Origin: Takakia lepidozioides | Taxonomy: Eukaryota; Plantae; Bryophyta | Reading direction: 5' to 3' | Length of the DNA: 64,000 bases | Assembly (NCBI GenBank): GCA_030704615.1 | Contig: CM060732.1 | Location: 37,386,001-37,450,000 of the forward strand | Shown here: positions 1-11,345 of the stretch, one piece after another | Position numbering within the stretch: the stretch's first letter is position 1 | How the letters are laid out: every line of letters begins with the position of its first letter | Position numbers and translations under genes: made by a program | Notes under the pieces: generated by a model | The model's database searches: none | What the model was told of the DNA's origin: nothing | What the model saw: only the letters and a program-made list of their open reading frames with translations

Positions 1-627
1 TATGCTTTTTCATGTCTCTCTAAGTACACACATGCCCTTGACATGCATGGAGGTTCTCTATGTTCAAGAGACTCTCTCCCTCCTCTCAACACCTATCAAT
101 AATGTTTGCCCTGTGGGTCCCTCCAGGCCAATTGGTTATGGTCATTCAGCTTTTGTACTCCAGTAAGCCAAATATGGGTAGGTATGGAGGCAGATCTGGG
201 TAGAGGCAGTTTGATGGTGCACCTAACTTAGGCTGTCTGATCTCGTTAAACCTACATTTGCTTTGTTGTGAGGACAGGAAAAGAATTTCAACTAAAACTA
301 CAGTAAATTGGTGCTCAACCTAGAGTTTCAGGGCTGACGCTTACCTTTAAACTCCTACACAGAGCCCCTGGCTAGCATTCATACCATTCTGAGAGCTCAC
401 AAGGAGGAGGAAAGAAAGGAAACTACAAAAAAGAAGGCATGACCCTATCAATCCAAGTAGACCAAACATTGCCACCAACAAGGGCCACCCCCATAGGTCG
501 TCCATGGAAATCAACAACAGCAAGAGTTCAGAACCTTAAGATGGCGAGTTCGAAACTGAAATTCGACTTTGTACACCTTGCCAGACTTTGCCCACTTCAA
601 CCACAGACTGGCTGCTCTTATGCCCCC

Positions 628-3600
628 TCACAAATGCACATTTTTCAGCACAGTAATAGCGATGTAAAAACACCTCAACAAGCCAATGACATGTTTAAGA
701 GTACATGCCTGATCAGAAGCCTGCCATCCCGCTCTTTGTTGCCTAGATCTCTGTGGCTGCTGGAGCTTGACTGGTGGAGGAGTCGAAGCTGCTCCAGCTA
801 TTATGGTTAAGGAAGCTTTTTCCTTGGGCGCTGAGGCACTTCTACTATTAGCAGTAACAATAGCAGATTTGAGGTCTTGAATCTCTTGTCGTTGTGAACG
901 ACAGATGGCTGTCAGCTTCTCATACTTGGATGTCATCTCCGCTTTGTCTGCAAGAGCTTGCTTCAGATCCAGCTTCAACCTGCCAACCTCAGATTGAAGT
1001 TGCTCATTCCTTCCCGAATGGTTGGTCTCTGGCGCCAACGTGACACACTGGTCAAACTGGGCGGCAAATGCATTGAATGCTGGGTCATTTGATGGCCCTG
1101 GGCCGTCAGGAGTGGTAGACTTGTGAGAAGAGGCCGTCACATGTGACATGTGAGAAGACCCTCCCGCATCACGCGGGGAGTGGGAACTTAATGCAGCAGG
1201 GGGTGCTTGGGGAGAACTTCCTACAGAGGGGGGAGTGTGTGAAGCTACTGCAGGCAGAGTTTCCAGAGAAGAAGTTATTCCAGCCTTCATTGGTTCATCC
1301 TCATCACTCCAATCAGAGTCATTTCTAACCTCATAGCCCTCAACATCGGCATCATCCCGGCCCCAACCCCCAGCACTTTGTATTGTTCCATGAACCTTTT
1401 TCATCAATCCTGACATACCACTCTTTTTCAAGAAAGAGCTCCGTTCCTTGGGAGGGCTGTTGCTGGCCTGTCTTGAACGGGGAGGTGGACTGCCAGATTT
1501 GGGTGCAGGGGGACTCTCAGTCCCACTGGAATTTTCCATAATAGAAGTTGTATCACTTGTCTGTGCATCCTGAGCATACTGTGTAGACCAAAAAGCACCC
1601 AATGCAGCATTGTTGGCCCCAGCCCCATTTTGGGCTGGACGACGCTCATTTTCTTTTGGGGGTAGAGGAGGTGCTCTTGATGGCATCACTGCTGGAGTCT
1701 TGGAACCTCCTGTACAAGTCAACAATGACGCATAGGCAACAAGAGCAAATGCGTAAGATCTGTGTTCCCCAAACAATGAAGGAAAACACTAGGAAAATCT
1801 TACCTTTACCTGTTGTCAGCACATGGACAGCAAAGTAGAAGTATACAATCTGTTGTCACTTGCAGCTTGCCTGCAAGAAATCAGCCATTTACTGCACATC
1901 TGCAACAGCTATCAATGAGAGCATGGATTGCTGGGTCAAGTTGTGGGGCTCAACCACACCAACCTTTCCGCCATAGAAGCACCCAACAGACTTGCCATCT
2001 CCTATGTGGCACGTATCTTGCAACCAAAAATCAGAGCTAAAATCTGTAAATTATGATTTTGCAATAACATCTTCCAAAACAAAGCACTCAACTGTGATAG
2101 TACTCACTTGCGTCAGAATGATCACGAATCAATGGCAGTGGCTTGCCTGTTGACGGAGCCTTGTCTGGATGTACTTTACGCAGGTCAATTGGAAGAGCGT
2201 CATTTACACGCTGCCAAACCTGCACCGCATCTTGAAATTTTCAGCAAAAGAGACAAATCAAACTCGCACATTGATTTATATAGGAAAATACAGAATGCTG
2301 TGAGTTTGCTTCCACACTTACATACCACCACAACAGTGTTCATCTAATACATACAATTGCATGGATACACTGCTTGCTGCCACTGAAACTAACCTAGATC
2401 AGGCAGATGAGGGGGCCGATCGAGCAAAGCCCTTGCCTGCAAAACATCTGGCCTGGCCTCTGGACTTGCGGTGAGCATGTCTTTGATCAGATCGGTGACT
2501 GTGGTGCTATAGCTTGGCACATCAGGTATACGGTAGTTGCCATTCAATATTTGCAATTTCGACTCACCATCAAATGCAGATTTGAAGTAAGCTATCCTGT
2601 ACAGGAGGCATCCAAGTGCCTGCCATACACCAATCACAACACAGGTCAACATGTAACAGAAATCTTTGCATGGATGATAAAAAGAGGTATGTCGTATAAA
2701 CAACTATCTCCACAACAACCCCCAAAACAGCTTATGAAATACAGATGCTACTTACCCAAATGTCAACTTTCTCACTGATAAGCTCCCTTTGATAGAGGTC
2801 CCACATCTGCCAAGCATCAACCGCCAAGATTCAAAACAAATGACAGAGAGAATTCATTTGACTACCATGTGGAAAGTTCTTGATTTGATATTTGTGGCAC
2901 CTTCTATCTGCAACTGACAACCTCCAACTCAAATAAATAACCTTTACTGCATCTGCAAAAAGTTCTGCATTTGATAAGACGTTCTTGAATCTGCACCAGT
3001 CAACAAGCATAATCCCTCTGGTTTGAGGAATCAATAATATACACAACAATTTTACATGAAAACAAAGGCCACAGAATTCTTCAAATACAATCTGACAAGA
3101 AGTCGGCATACGGCTTGGTTGTTGCCCATTTCCAACCCTAGCCTATAAAGTCCAGATTTTGTGTGGTTTCATAAGGGCACCATTATTTTGGTCTACCTCC
3201 AGGGGTTTACAAGCTCTTGAAAACCTAAGAGGAGGTAGCTCAGCAATAATTGCTAATGAAAACACATGTGGCCCCTTAAGAATTGACACAGAACCACAGA
3301 GACCATTCAAAAAACCTAACAGCATGGGAAGAGAGCAACCTCTGGAGCACGATAAGCAGGTGTAGTGTGCTTTCTGATGTTATCTTCCTCAACTCCCATC
3401 TCATCTGCCTTCTCAAAACGCTTATGGTTTGTGGAAGTGCTCCCAAAGTCACACAACTTCCATAAGCCATCCGTGCCCATTAGGACATTTTCAGCTTTCA
3501 AATCCCTGCGTTACACACCAATATCAAGCTATTCAAGTCCCCTTGTGCTTAAAAGTGATGATTACAGTAAAGCTTTCTGATGTAACAAGTACCAGGATAA

Positions 3601-4294
3601 AAGATTTGTGACTATAGATTTTTAACCATAAAATCGTTTGTATGTTTGGCATTTTCATTAAAGCAATGCAACTTGATATTCTCTCTCAATGCTGGCCAAA
3701 AGTCTTCAAAAATTGGTGAATCAAAGCCTTCAATATACATTGCTGTTTTTAAACAAGCTCTCCTTTCACTGTATCTCACATCAAAGAACGTTAAGGAAGC
3801 ACAATCAGAAAATAGTAGGGTGCCCGAGCCAACCTGTGAGCTATAGGAGGCGACTGAGAATGCATGGCATACACGGCATTGCAAATTTGAATGAACATGA
3901 GAAGCAACTGCTTCTCGTCGAAATAGCCAGCCCCCCGGAATTCCAACACATTTGCCAGCATCCTCTCACAGTAATCCATGACCAGGAAGCATTCCTTGGT
4001 CCGTCCCATATCATAAACAACCTGAGCGTGCAGCATTACAACATTCGGATGTTCGCGCAATGCCTTCATCACCGCCACTTCTTTTTTAACCAGATCTACA
4101 GAATCCATGTCATTACAAATTATGTGTTTCAAAGCATAACTTTTCCCAGACTGCGGATCTCTGGCCAGATACACACAAGAGAATCCACCCTGCGCAATGA
4201 TACTCCGTACTTGCAACTTCAAAGCTCCCACATCCACAGACTTCCCCTCCAGCGTTCCCTGATCTTTGGGGATAAACTGTTTCAGACGCCACAT
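628..4294 (-). CDS. NAK (Numb-associated kinase)/AAK1-like Ser/Thr protein kinase, spliced; C-terminal exon(s) uncertain
   Basis: Exons 4294-3834 (AQGGFSCVY, ALK, PIAHR), 3505-3340 (DLKAEN, CDFGS, TTPAYRAPE), 2806-2756 (MWDLY..KVDIW), 2619-2437, 2219-2147 or 2108, then a large low-complexity/coiled-coil exon from ~1710. Phases are consistent; motifs are typical of plant NAK kinases. Confidence 0.9.
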
Positions 4295-6469
4295 GGTGTC
4301 TCTCCCTCAATCCTACACCAAAACACCTCGGGACAAACACGATCAACCTCCTCGTTACCCTTTCCAACACCGCCTGATCCCGGTGCCTAATGGCTTCTAG
4401 GATTCCCCCCTAGCATTCAGCTTTCCCGCCACTCCACCCCCGCAGATCGATGGCAGCTTCAGGCCCCGCATTCGCGATCACGCGCCTCCATCCCATCTGT
4501 CACCAACCCCACACAGACTTGCCCCGTTGGGAACTTGTGCCCTCCCAGCAGACAAGAAGGATGAACCCTAGCCTAGCCTGCCCTTCATCCTCCACGTGGC
4601 CCCTATCATAGGCCGTCACGCCGCTCCCGCCCAATTATTAAGCACATACGACAAATAACTCATCCATCCATCTAGTCGGTGAAGCGTGGGGAGAAAAAAT
4701 TACTCATCCGTTATCCTATCATCCGGACCCCGGTTGTTTATTGAGAACATGGTTATCACATGGAGCACATGTTCCCCTGAGAGAGCGTGTCTGGTATGGA
4801 GAAGAAAAGGAACTATTGCCAAAGCAGCTCCTTTAACTCTTAAGCTTATTAGGGTTTGGTTTGTGGGAAGGGGTCATGATTTTGCACTGCTTCTTATGAG
4901 TAGTTCATGCAGCTGCATACCATCTCGCCAGGGGTTCTGTGCCCATGTGCTTGGGGCAGAGGGTTTCTTGTTTCTTCCACTTTGAGCTGCTCTCACAAAT
5001 CCTGACCCTTGAAGCAGCTGGCTGTTTGCATGAATTGTGCTTTACTAGAAAGGAATCCTCACAACAGCAAACCCCATCTTGAAGGTGATGGAGGCAGCTG
5101 GGATCTTATATAATATTGCTCATTCAACAGTCTTCAAGATGAACTTGGCTGTATGGCGGTTACTGCAGACCCAAGGTTCTCTATGAGACATAGGCTGCCT
5201 CGGGGCCAGCTTTTCCCTGTGGAAGACGAAGAGAAACTTCCTTTCCCTCCTCCAATATGATGCAGTAACAAACCGTTTGTCAGTCAGTCACTGTCTGGAG
5301 GATCTCTGCAACATGGATTTCCTCAATTTGTGAAGGCACCCTATCTTTTTCTCGTGCAGCTGGTTGTTGACCCCGATGTAGCTGTGCTCGGGTTGCTGTC
5401 TGAGAACTCTATTGGCCTGCAGCATGGCACATCTTTGCTACATCAATCCCAGTGCAACATAAAAGTTTGATAGCAGCACATATGCTACACCATGCTGCAC
5501 ATCCCACTAAGTAGAGAATATTTGTAGTTGGCGGGATGTTTTGTTAGCTCCACAGAGCCATGAAGTATGCGGGCACCAAGCACGGTTCACCACACTGTAG
5601 CATCTGGTTCAATTGGCATTTTCTTACTCAAGTCCTTTGAATTAACCTGTACAGCCATGAACCATGTGGCACAAATGGCTGTGTATAGATGTGACACTAT
5701 GATCTCTACTCAAGGAGAGAGAATAGGTATGACCTTCATCCACTAGAGATAGGGGGCACCCCAGCTCCAACTTGCAAGGATCTCCGGCCCGTCATTCTGA
5801 GATCGATGCCCCAATGGCCCATCCGTTGACTCAAAGAAGAGAAAGGCCTTACGAAGTGAGGTGAGCGCTGCCACGATCCCGCTCCCCAGAGCTGCCCGCA
5901 GCATGTATTCCATCTTCTTCCAGAAACGAGGGTAGCACCTCCTCCATCACTCGGTAGACGAGCAGCTTTCCAATAGCCTACATCTAGAGACTAATCAACC
6001 TTTGCGACCCAGAATTGTTGAATCCTTTACACACCCACCGTGTTTGCAAGAAAATGAAGGTGAGAGATCGGCTTTACCAACTCCAAGCTCGATTTGAAAT
6101 CCAACCTAATGCTGTGTACGCATCCCTCTGCCAACATTGCAATCCTACTCCGCAATCAACTTGCCAACGATGATGCCGCACCCAATCAGAGGGAGGCAAC
6201 ACAATTGGATAATCTAGAGGAATGCAGCTTTGTAGGGCAGGTATTTGACGGTGCCGATTGGAGAGGTCCGGCTGCATCGTCTTCAATTTCTCCATGAATG
6301 CTGCAGACATGGCCTCGCTCAAGTAAGCCCTGCAGCCCCGCTCGATAACTCTCACACGCTACAACCGTCTGCCACCCTGCATGTGAAGTTATATAGCAAG
6401 TCAAACCTGGATAAGTGTTACACGTGTTGGGGAGTAACCAACCATATTTAAGTTTAACCGTAGCACCGC

Positions 6470-6545
6470 TGTGGTGGGACCTGGGTGTTCAGGGCGCCTT
6501 GCCTGTGCGTAACGAGAGTGATCCTGGGTTCAATCCTTCAACCCT
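6470..6545 (+). mobile_element. degenerate tRNA-derived SINE-like head
   Basis: B-box-like GTGATCCTGGGTTCAATCC; the same motif recurs at 8651-8669 (minus) and 8742-8762 (plus). No intact cloverleaf. Confidence 0.35.
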
Positions 6546-7394
6546 CCATGGTTCCTTGTGTATAGAGGAGGCTTTGTAAATGTGTTGGACGTCAAACGGA
6601 GACAAGTGTAATTATGGTGTCAGTTCATCTCGAAGGATATTGCCTTCCGTTTGGAAGGTGGACAACTTCTATGGACTACTTAGGTAGACCAAGTAGATAG
6701 TTTCTCAAATGATCCGGCCTTTCAATTAGAGTACCTTATTTTCCGAACTTTGCCCACCTTCAAATTTTGGCCGGGCTGTGTGTAAACTCGGCCTAAATAA
6801 GAGCCTCGTCCCTTTGCTAGCAGCCATTCTTTTATTGGCGACTTATCGCCAAATTGCGACCTCAGAAAATAAAATCGAATATTCTGTCTCAAATTCCCTG
6901 TTTCTTCATGGATGAAATCGCCAAACTTCTCCAAATAGAAAATAAATTATGGATGAATTCGCCAAATATGGATGATATAGATGGATTAAAGTACAGAGGT
7001 GGATGACGTTTAGTAGATGAACAGGATGATTTTTTGCAAAACTCTGTAGCCACTCGTCTTGTTTTCCAATTCCCTTAAACGAAACGTCTTATTACTACCG
7101 TCCGATTGCAATGTCAATGCAATATTAAATGTTCATAAATTTCATTTAGTACTTTTCCCAACTAACTTATCATGACACACGTGAGCGTGATTTGTGCTCA
7201 CGTGAGCTTCAATTGCAGGTTTCCTTTAAGAAAAGGAATTTTATGATTGAGCAACTGATAATCAGTTCCTTGAATTATTACGTACTATGGAATGGCCCCC
7301 CAATTGCCGCCGAACCACCATTAATGGCATTTGGTGGACCCATTCTATAGCGGTAAGGATTGCGTCTGTCACCCTCTTATTGGCCTGCAAGTCC

Positions 7395-7466
7395 TAATCA
7401 AACATATCATGTTGGTAATAATCAAACATATCATGTTGGTAATAATCAAACATATCATGTTGGTAA
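7395..7466. repeat. tandem repeat, 3 x 24 bp (TAATCAAACATATCATGTTGGTAA)
   Basis: Three exact consecutive copies. Confidence 0.95.
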
Positions 7467-8650
7467 TGTGCAAACGATGTGCTAGCACTGGCAATAGGCC
7501 TACAAGTCCGCTTTCCTCCCAATCGCCTACCAGGCTGCCCAAATAGGATCCAACAATTTGGCCGCTCTACCTTCAAAAGTTTATTTGTTGGTCACAGGGC
7601 AGTGTGACCCTACGTTGTTACTTGTTACCGTCAAGGGCCTCCGTCCCCTTTATCTAAGAGAAAAAAATATTTAAAAAAAGAAAACAAACACAAAAAATAA
7701 AATTGAAATGCATCCAAAAAACCAAACATCATCTTGGCCGGCGGCATACTTGTACACCAGTTCCGTGCTGTGTCACTCACTGGATGTAGCTGGCGACCTG
7801 TCAGCTCATTGTTGCAGACTGGCAAATTTCCTTAGCAGTGAATATTCATGTATATATATATTTCTGTGTATGTATTTGTCCGGCGGAATAGTTTATGCTA
7901 GCTCCCACTATATGTCTGGCCGTTTCTGGATGTAGAGAAGAATGTGTGAGTTGGCCGGCATGTGCGTTGGGCGGCTACAGCGATCCCGATTCCTGACCTG
8001 AAAACATTACATGATACACGACTTCGGTGCTGTAAACGTTGACTGTTTTGTATAGTGGAAGCTGATGAAGCTCTCCCGCCGTGTGACCAAGGGTGTTGAG
8101 TGACCCCAGTTCATGCCTTGGAAATGGCGGAACGGGTGAGTCAGCTGCCCTCACCTGCGTAAAAACTAAAAACCAACACGTGCCCCTTTGAGTCATGCCC
8201 CGCCACGAACGAATTTTGTAAGGCCCCTAGGTTACGCCACAAGGTGCGTCCTCCTGTAAGGATGAAAACTTGTGTAGCGATTTTAACAAAGGAAATTTCT
8301 AGGTAGATTTTTGATGGACAAACTTCCCACATTGTCGTGATTTGAAGCCTACGTCGTCAGCCTACACTGGCTTACCCAACGCAGATCAATGCCCTCAATT
8401 CATGATTAGCTTCACCAACTTGTACGGGCTACCTCCCCTTTCAACTCAAAAATAAAATAAAAGAAAAGAATTGGTAGAAGGGGGACTAGCTTCTATTATT
8501 ATTATTATACTTTGTTTTATCATTAGAACCGGGAGCGACCACTCATAAATATTACAGTGAGAGGAAAAACTAACGTCTTTCTCAAGCACAAGGCCAGGCC
8601 ACTGCCCAAGGGAATGTGGGGAAGATAATACCATACACAGCAGGCAGCTA

Positions 8651-8762
8651 GATTTGAACCCAGGATCACCTGTGAGGTACTCAGTGCAACTCCTTGCTTC
8701 TTCAATGATGAAAGGAGCAGTACTGCACTGAAAGCCATCCAGGTGAGTCTGGGTTCAATATC
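8651..8762. repeat. imperfect inverted repeat (hairpin) of two SINE-like heads
   Basis: GATTTGAACCCAGGATCACCTG..TCAGTGCA..CTCCTT pairs with AAGGAG..TGCACTGA..CAGGTGAGTCTGGGTTCAATATC. Confidence 0.7.
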
Positions 8763-9200
8763 CTACTACCTCGTCGGGCGTAGTATAATCTTCTCCTTCC
8801 TTGGGCGGTGTCCCATGATCGGGCGCAAAGTGGTTATTTTCTCCTCTCACCGTTTTTTTTAATCCCTTTCTTTTTTCCAATAATTCCAAATAAAGTCTTC
8901 CAAGTTCCGCACTGCAGCTGTTTAGAAAATAAAATAAAAATTCCGAATTACAGTTCTTTTTGGCCTTTTTGTTGGGAGGAGATTTCTATTCCAATATCAT
9001 CATTACTTCAATTCTTTATTCATCAATCACGACAAATATTGCTACTAGAAGTTGTCAGTATTCAATTCTTTCTGTACTGTAGTTATTTATATATTTATTT
9101 TTACGGGAAAAGGGAACCTTCAAGTTGCAGACTTTACGTTTTTATTGACTTACAGACCAAGAGCGAAATAATGTTCTATAAATTCTCTGAATAAAAACAA

Positions 9201-9359
9201 AAACCCTGAAATGGCACGAGGGTTAGGGTTTGGGAGGCTGACATGGAGAGCAGAAACCCTGAAATGGCACGAGGGTTAGGGTTTGGGAGGCTGACATGGA
9301 GAGCAGTAACCATGAAATGGCACGAGGGTTAGGTTTTGGGAGGCTGACATGGAGAGCAG
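9201..9359. repeat. tandem repeat, 3 x 53 bp containing telo-box-like motifs
   Basis: Unit AAACCCTGAAATGGCACGAGGGTTAGGGTTTGGGAGGCTGACATGGAGAGCAG; copies 1 and 2 are identical, copy 3 has a few substitutions. Confidence 0.95.
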
Positions 9360-11345
9360 GTGCTGGGAGAGCAGGAGGTGCATGGTGGTGTCAGCTTGGT
9401 GCAGAGAAATCGGGTGGCCTTTCCGGAAAGGGTGCGATTGCTGCATGCATGCGACAACAACAAGGACACACACACATCAAATGTTTTTTTGTTTTTCTCG
9501 GTAATTGAGCCTGTGCAGGCCTGGAGGTGCCTGGCAAGGTGCGATGTCTGTGGCGAGGCTGAACATGCTGAGGGAAGATGTTGTCAGACAGACTGATGGT
9601 CAAGTGTTTTTTATGCAGCTGAACCAGGGCAGAAAGAGCCTTCCTCTGGTGTGTGATCTGTAGCCGGGGAAAGAAATTTGAAGACGACGTGAAAAGCCTG
9701 CAACACCGTGATATTCGTGGTGAACATCAATTGAAATGTTGTCGGAGAGCCTCGGACGCAGTGTTTCGCCTCGGGCACTGTGATAGTCAAACTATGTTTC
9801 CGCTGGAATCAGGACTGTAGTGTTGTTTGTGTGATCTGCTGCTGCGAGAATCTTGCAGTGAAGACGTTGTTGGAGAGGCTTCTGGCGATAATGGAGCAGG
9901 CCGGACGCTTTGCCTTTGTGACTTGTAACAGAAATCTTACATGGAGAGGACACTTTCTCAAGTTACAGAACAAGGAGACACAGTTTGCAAAGCAGGTTGT
10001 TCGTGCGCAAACAGCTGCGCTTTTGTACGCGTTTTGGCTACGGAGCAACGACTGAGTTAAGATGCACGAAGTGAGAATGACATTTGGAGTGTTTATGAGA
10101 AGGCAGATGCGATAGCGTTCTATTTGGAATTGAAAGAGACACGTACACTCTTGAAAGAAGACTCTGAGACTGGAGGAAAAGATTGATGGACAAGGAATCT
10201 GACGGATGTGGATAAGAAGTTGCGAGAAATTGCGTATCGCAGGGCTCATCCTGTTGCCGGTTGGTGGTTGCACATTCTCTTAGGGTTGTACGCTACGCGG
10301 ATTGGCGTCCGAAAGGTGTCGAGTTGGGATTGAAATTCTAGTGACACGGAATCAATCACAAATGTAGGTCTTATGTCGAAATGTCCGGCTACAGACGTTC
10401 TGAGGTGATGAGATTCAAAAGCAATTAATGGTGGTTGTTCAAGGGAAGTCTTTTCTATATGGGATGAGAATCCGTGAATGAGGGACGAATTTCATGGAGA
10501 AGCAGGGATATTGTGTGGAGAATGCTTCAGGTAAGGCTGGGAATTCAACTTCCTTGGAGAAGAAGCTTCAAATGGTTAGTATTGCAAATTGCCTGCCGGC
10601 GAGGCTCTTAGACGGAACAATGAAGGATTTCACATTGTGGGTGCCTGCTAAAGGTTAATGTAATACCAGGAAGGAAAGACTTGGTCATATTGCACATTAA
10701 GAGACTTTCAAGTTCAAAATGGTGGGTCGTACACTGTAGTGGATAAGGAAAGGGCTCATATTTGGAGTGCAGTGTGGTCATATACTGCAATTCTGAAACC
10801 AAGTAGTAGGATAGATGAATCAAATGGTGCTTTGATGACTGTCAGTCTAAGTACAATCACCCACTGTTTTGAATGGGAGTCCTTCAAGAAAGTGATATGA
10901 AGGAGATTGCAAGGTGTGGATAGGATAATGTGGTGGAGAATAATCTGCTCCAACTTTGAAGGTACCTTGGCATGTGTTTGAAGAGGCTAAACCTACTCTT
11001 CAGCAATTGGAGGTTTTCCAAAATTTTGTTTTCAACCAATAGTTGGCAATCATACACTTTGATGAAATTGCTTTTGTTGTCCTTTCTGACAATCCAACTG
11101 CTGGATTGCAGTAAATTTGTGCAAATGGTGGGAAATGTGGGAAACCCAGCAAAGTCAATTCAGCTCCAAGATAATGGGAAAAGCCTGGTTTTAATAGGCT
11201 ACTGTGTCAGGCCAGCAAGCTGTTGGCTTCCTGGGAAAGACTGGAAACAGTAATTGTAGTCCAGGTGACCCATTTATTCATAGTTGCCCACAGTTTGTTG
11301 CTTGTGCTGTGGTGGGCAGGTCGCACTGCTGTAAATTGGCTCTCC

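Noticed and set aside
3689-4390. 233-aa plus-strand ORF
   Set aside because: Antisense shadow of NAK exon 1; similar shadow ORFs overlie the retroelements.
4850-6450. Degenerate coding-like region
   Set aside because: No recognisable motifs or sustained frame.
6470-6545. Functional tRNA gene
   Set aside because: Only a T-arm/B-box-like motif; no acceptor stem or cloverleaf.
7395-7466. CRISPR-like repeats (also 9201-9359)
   Set aside because: Copies are directly adjacent without spacers; eukaryotic context, no cas genes.
8060-8130. CTGATGA motif as a possible hammerhead
   Set aside because: No stem II followed by GAAA and no closing stems; the same applies to CTGATGA near 11946 and 51518.
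9500-10300. Cys-containing short ORFs upstream of the RLK
   Set aside because: No recognisable domain; may be 5' UTR (donor at 10531).
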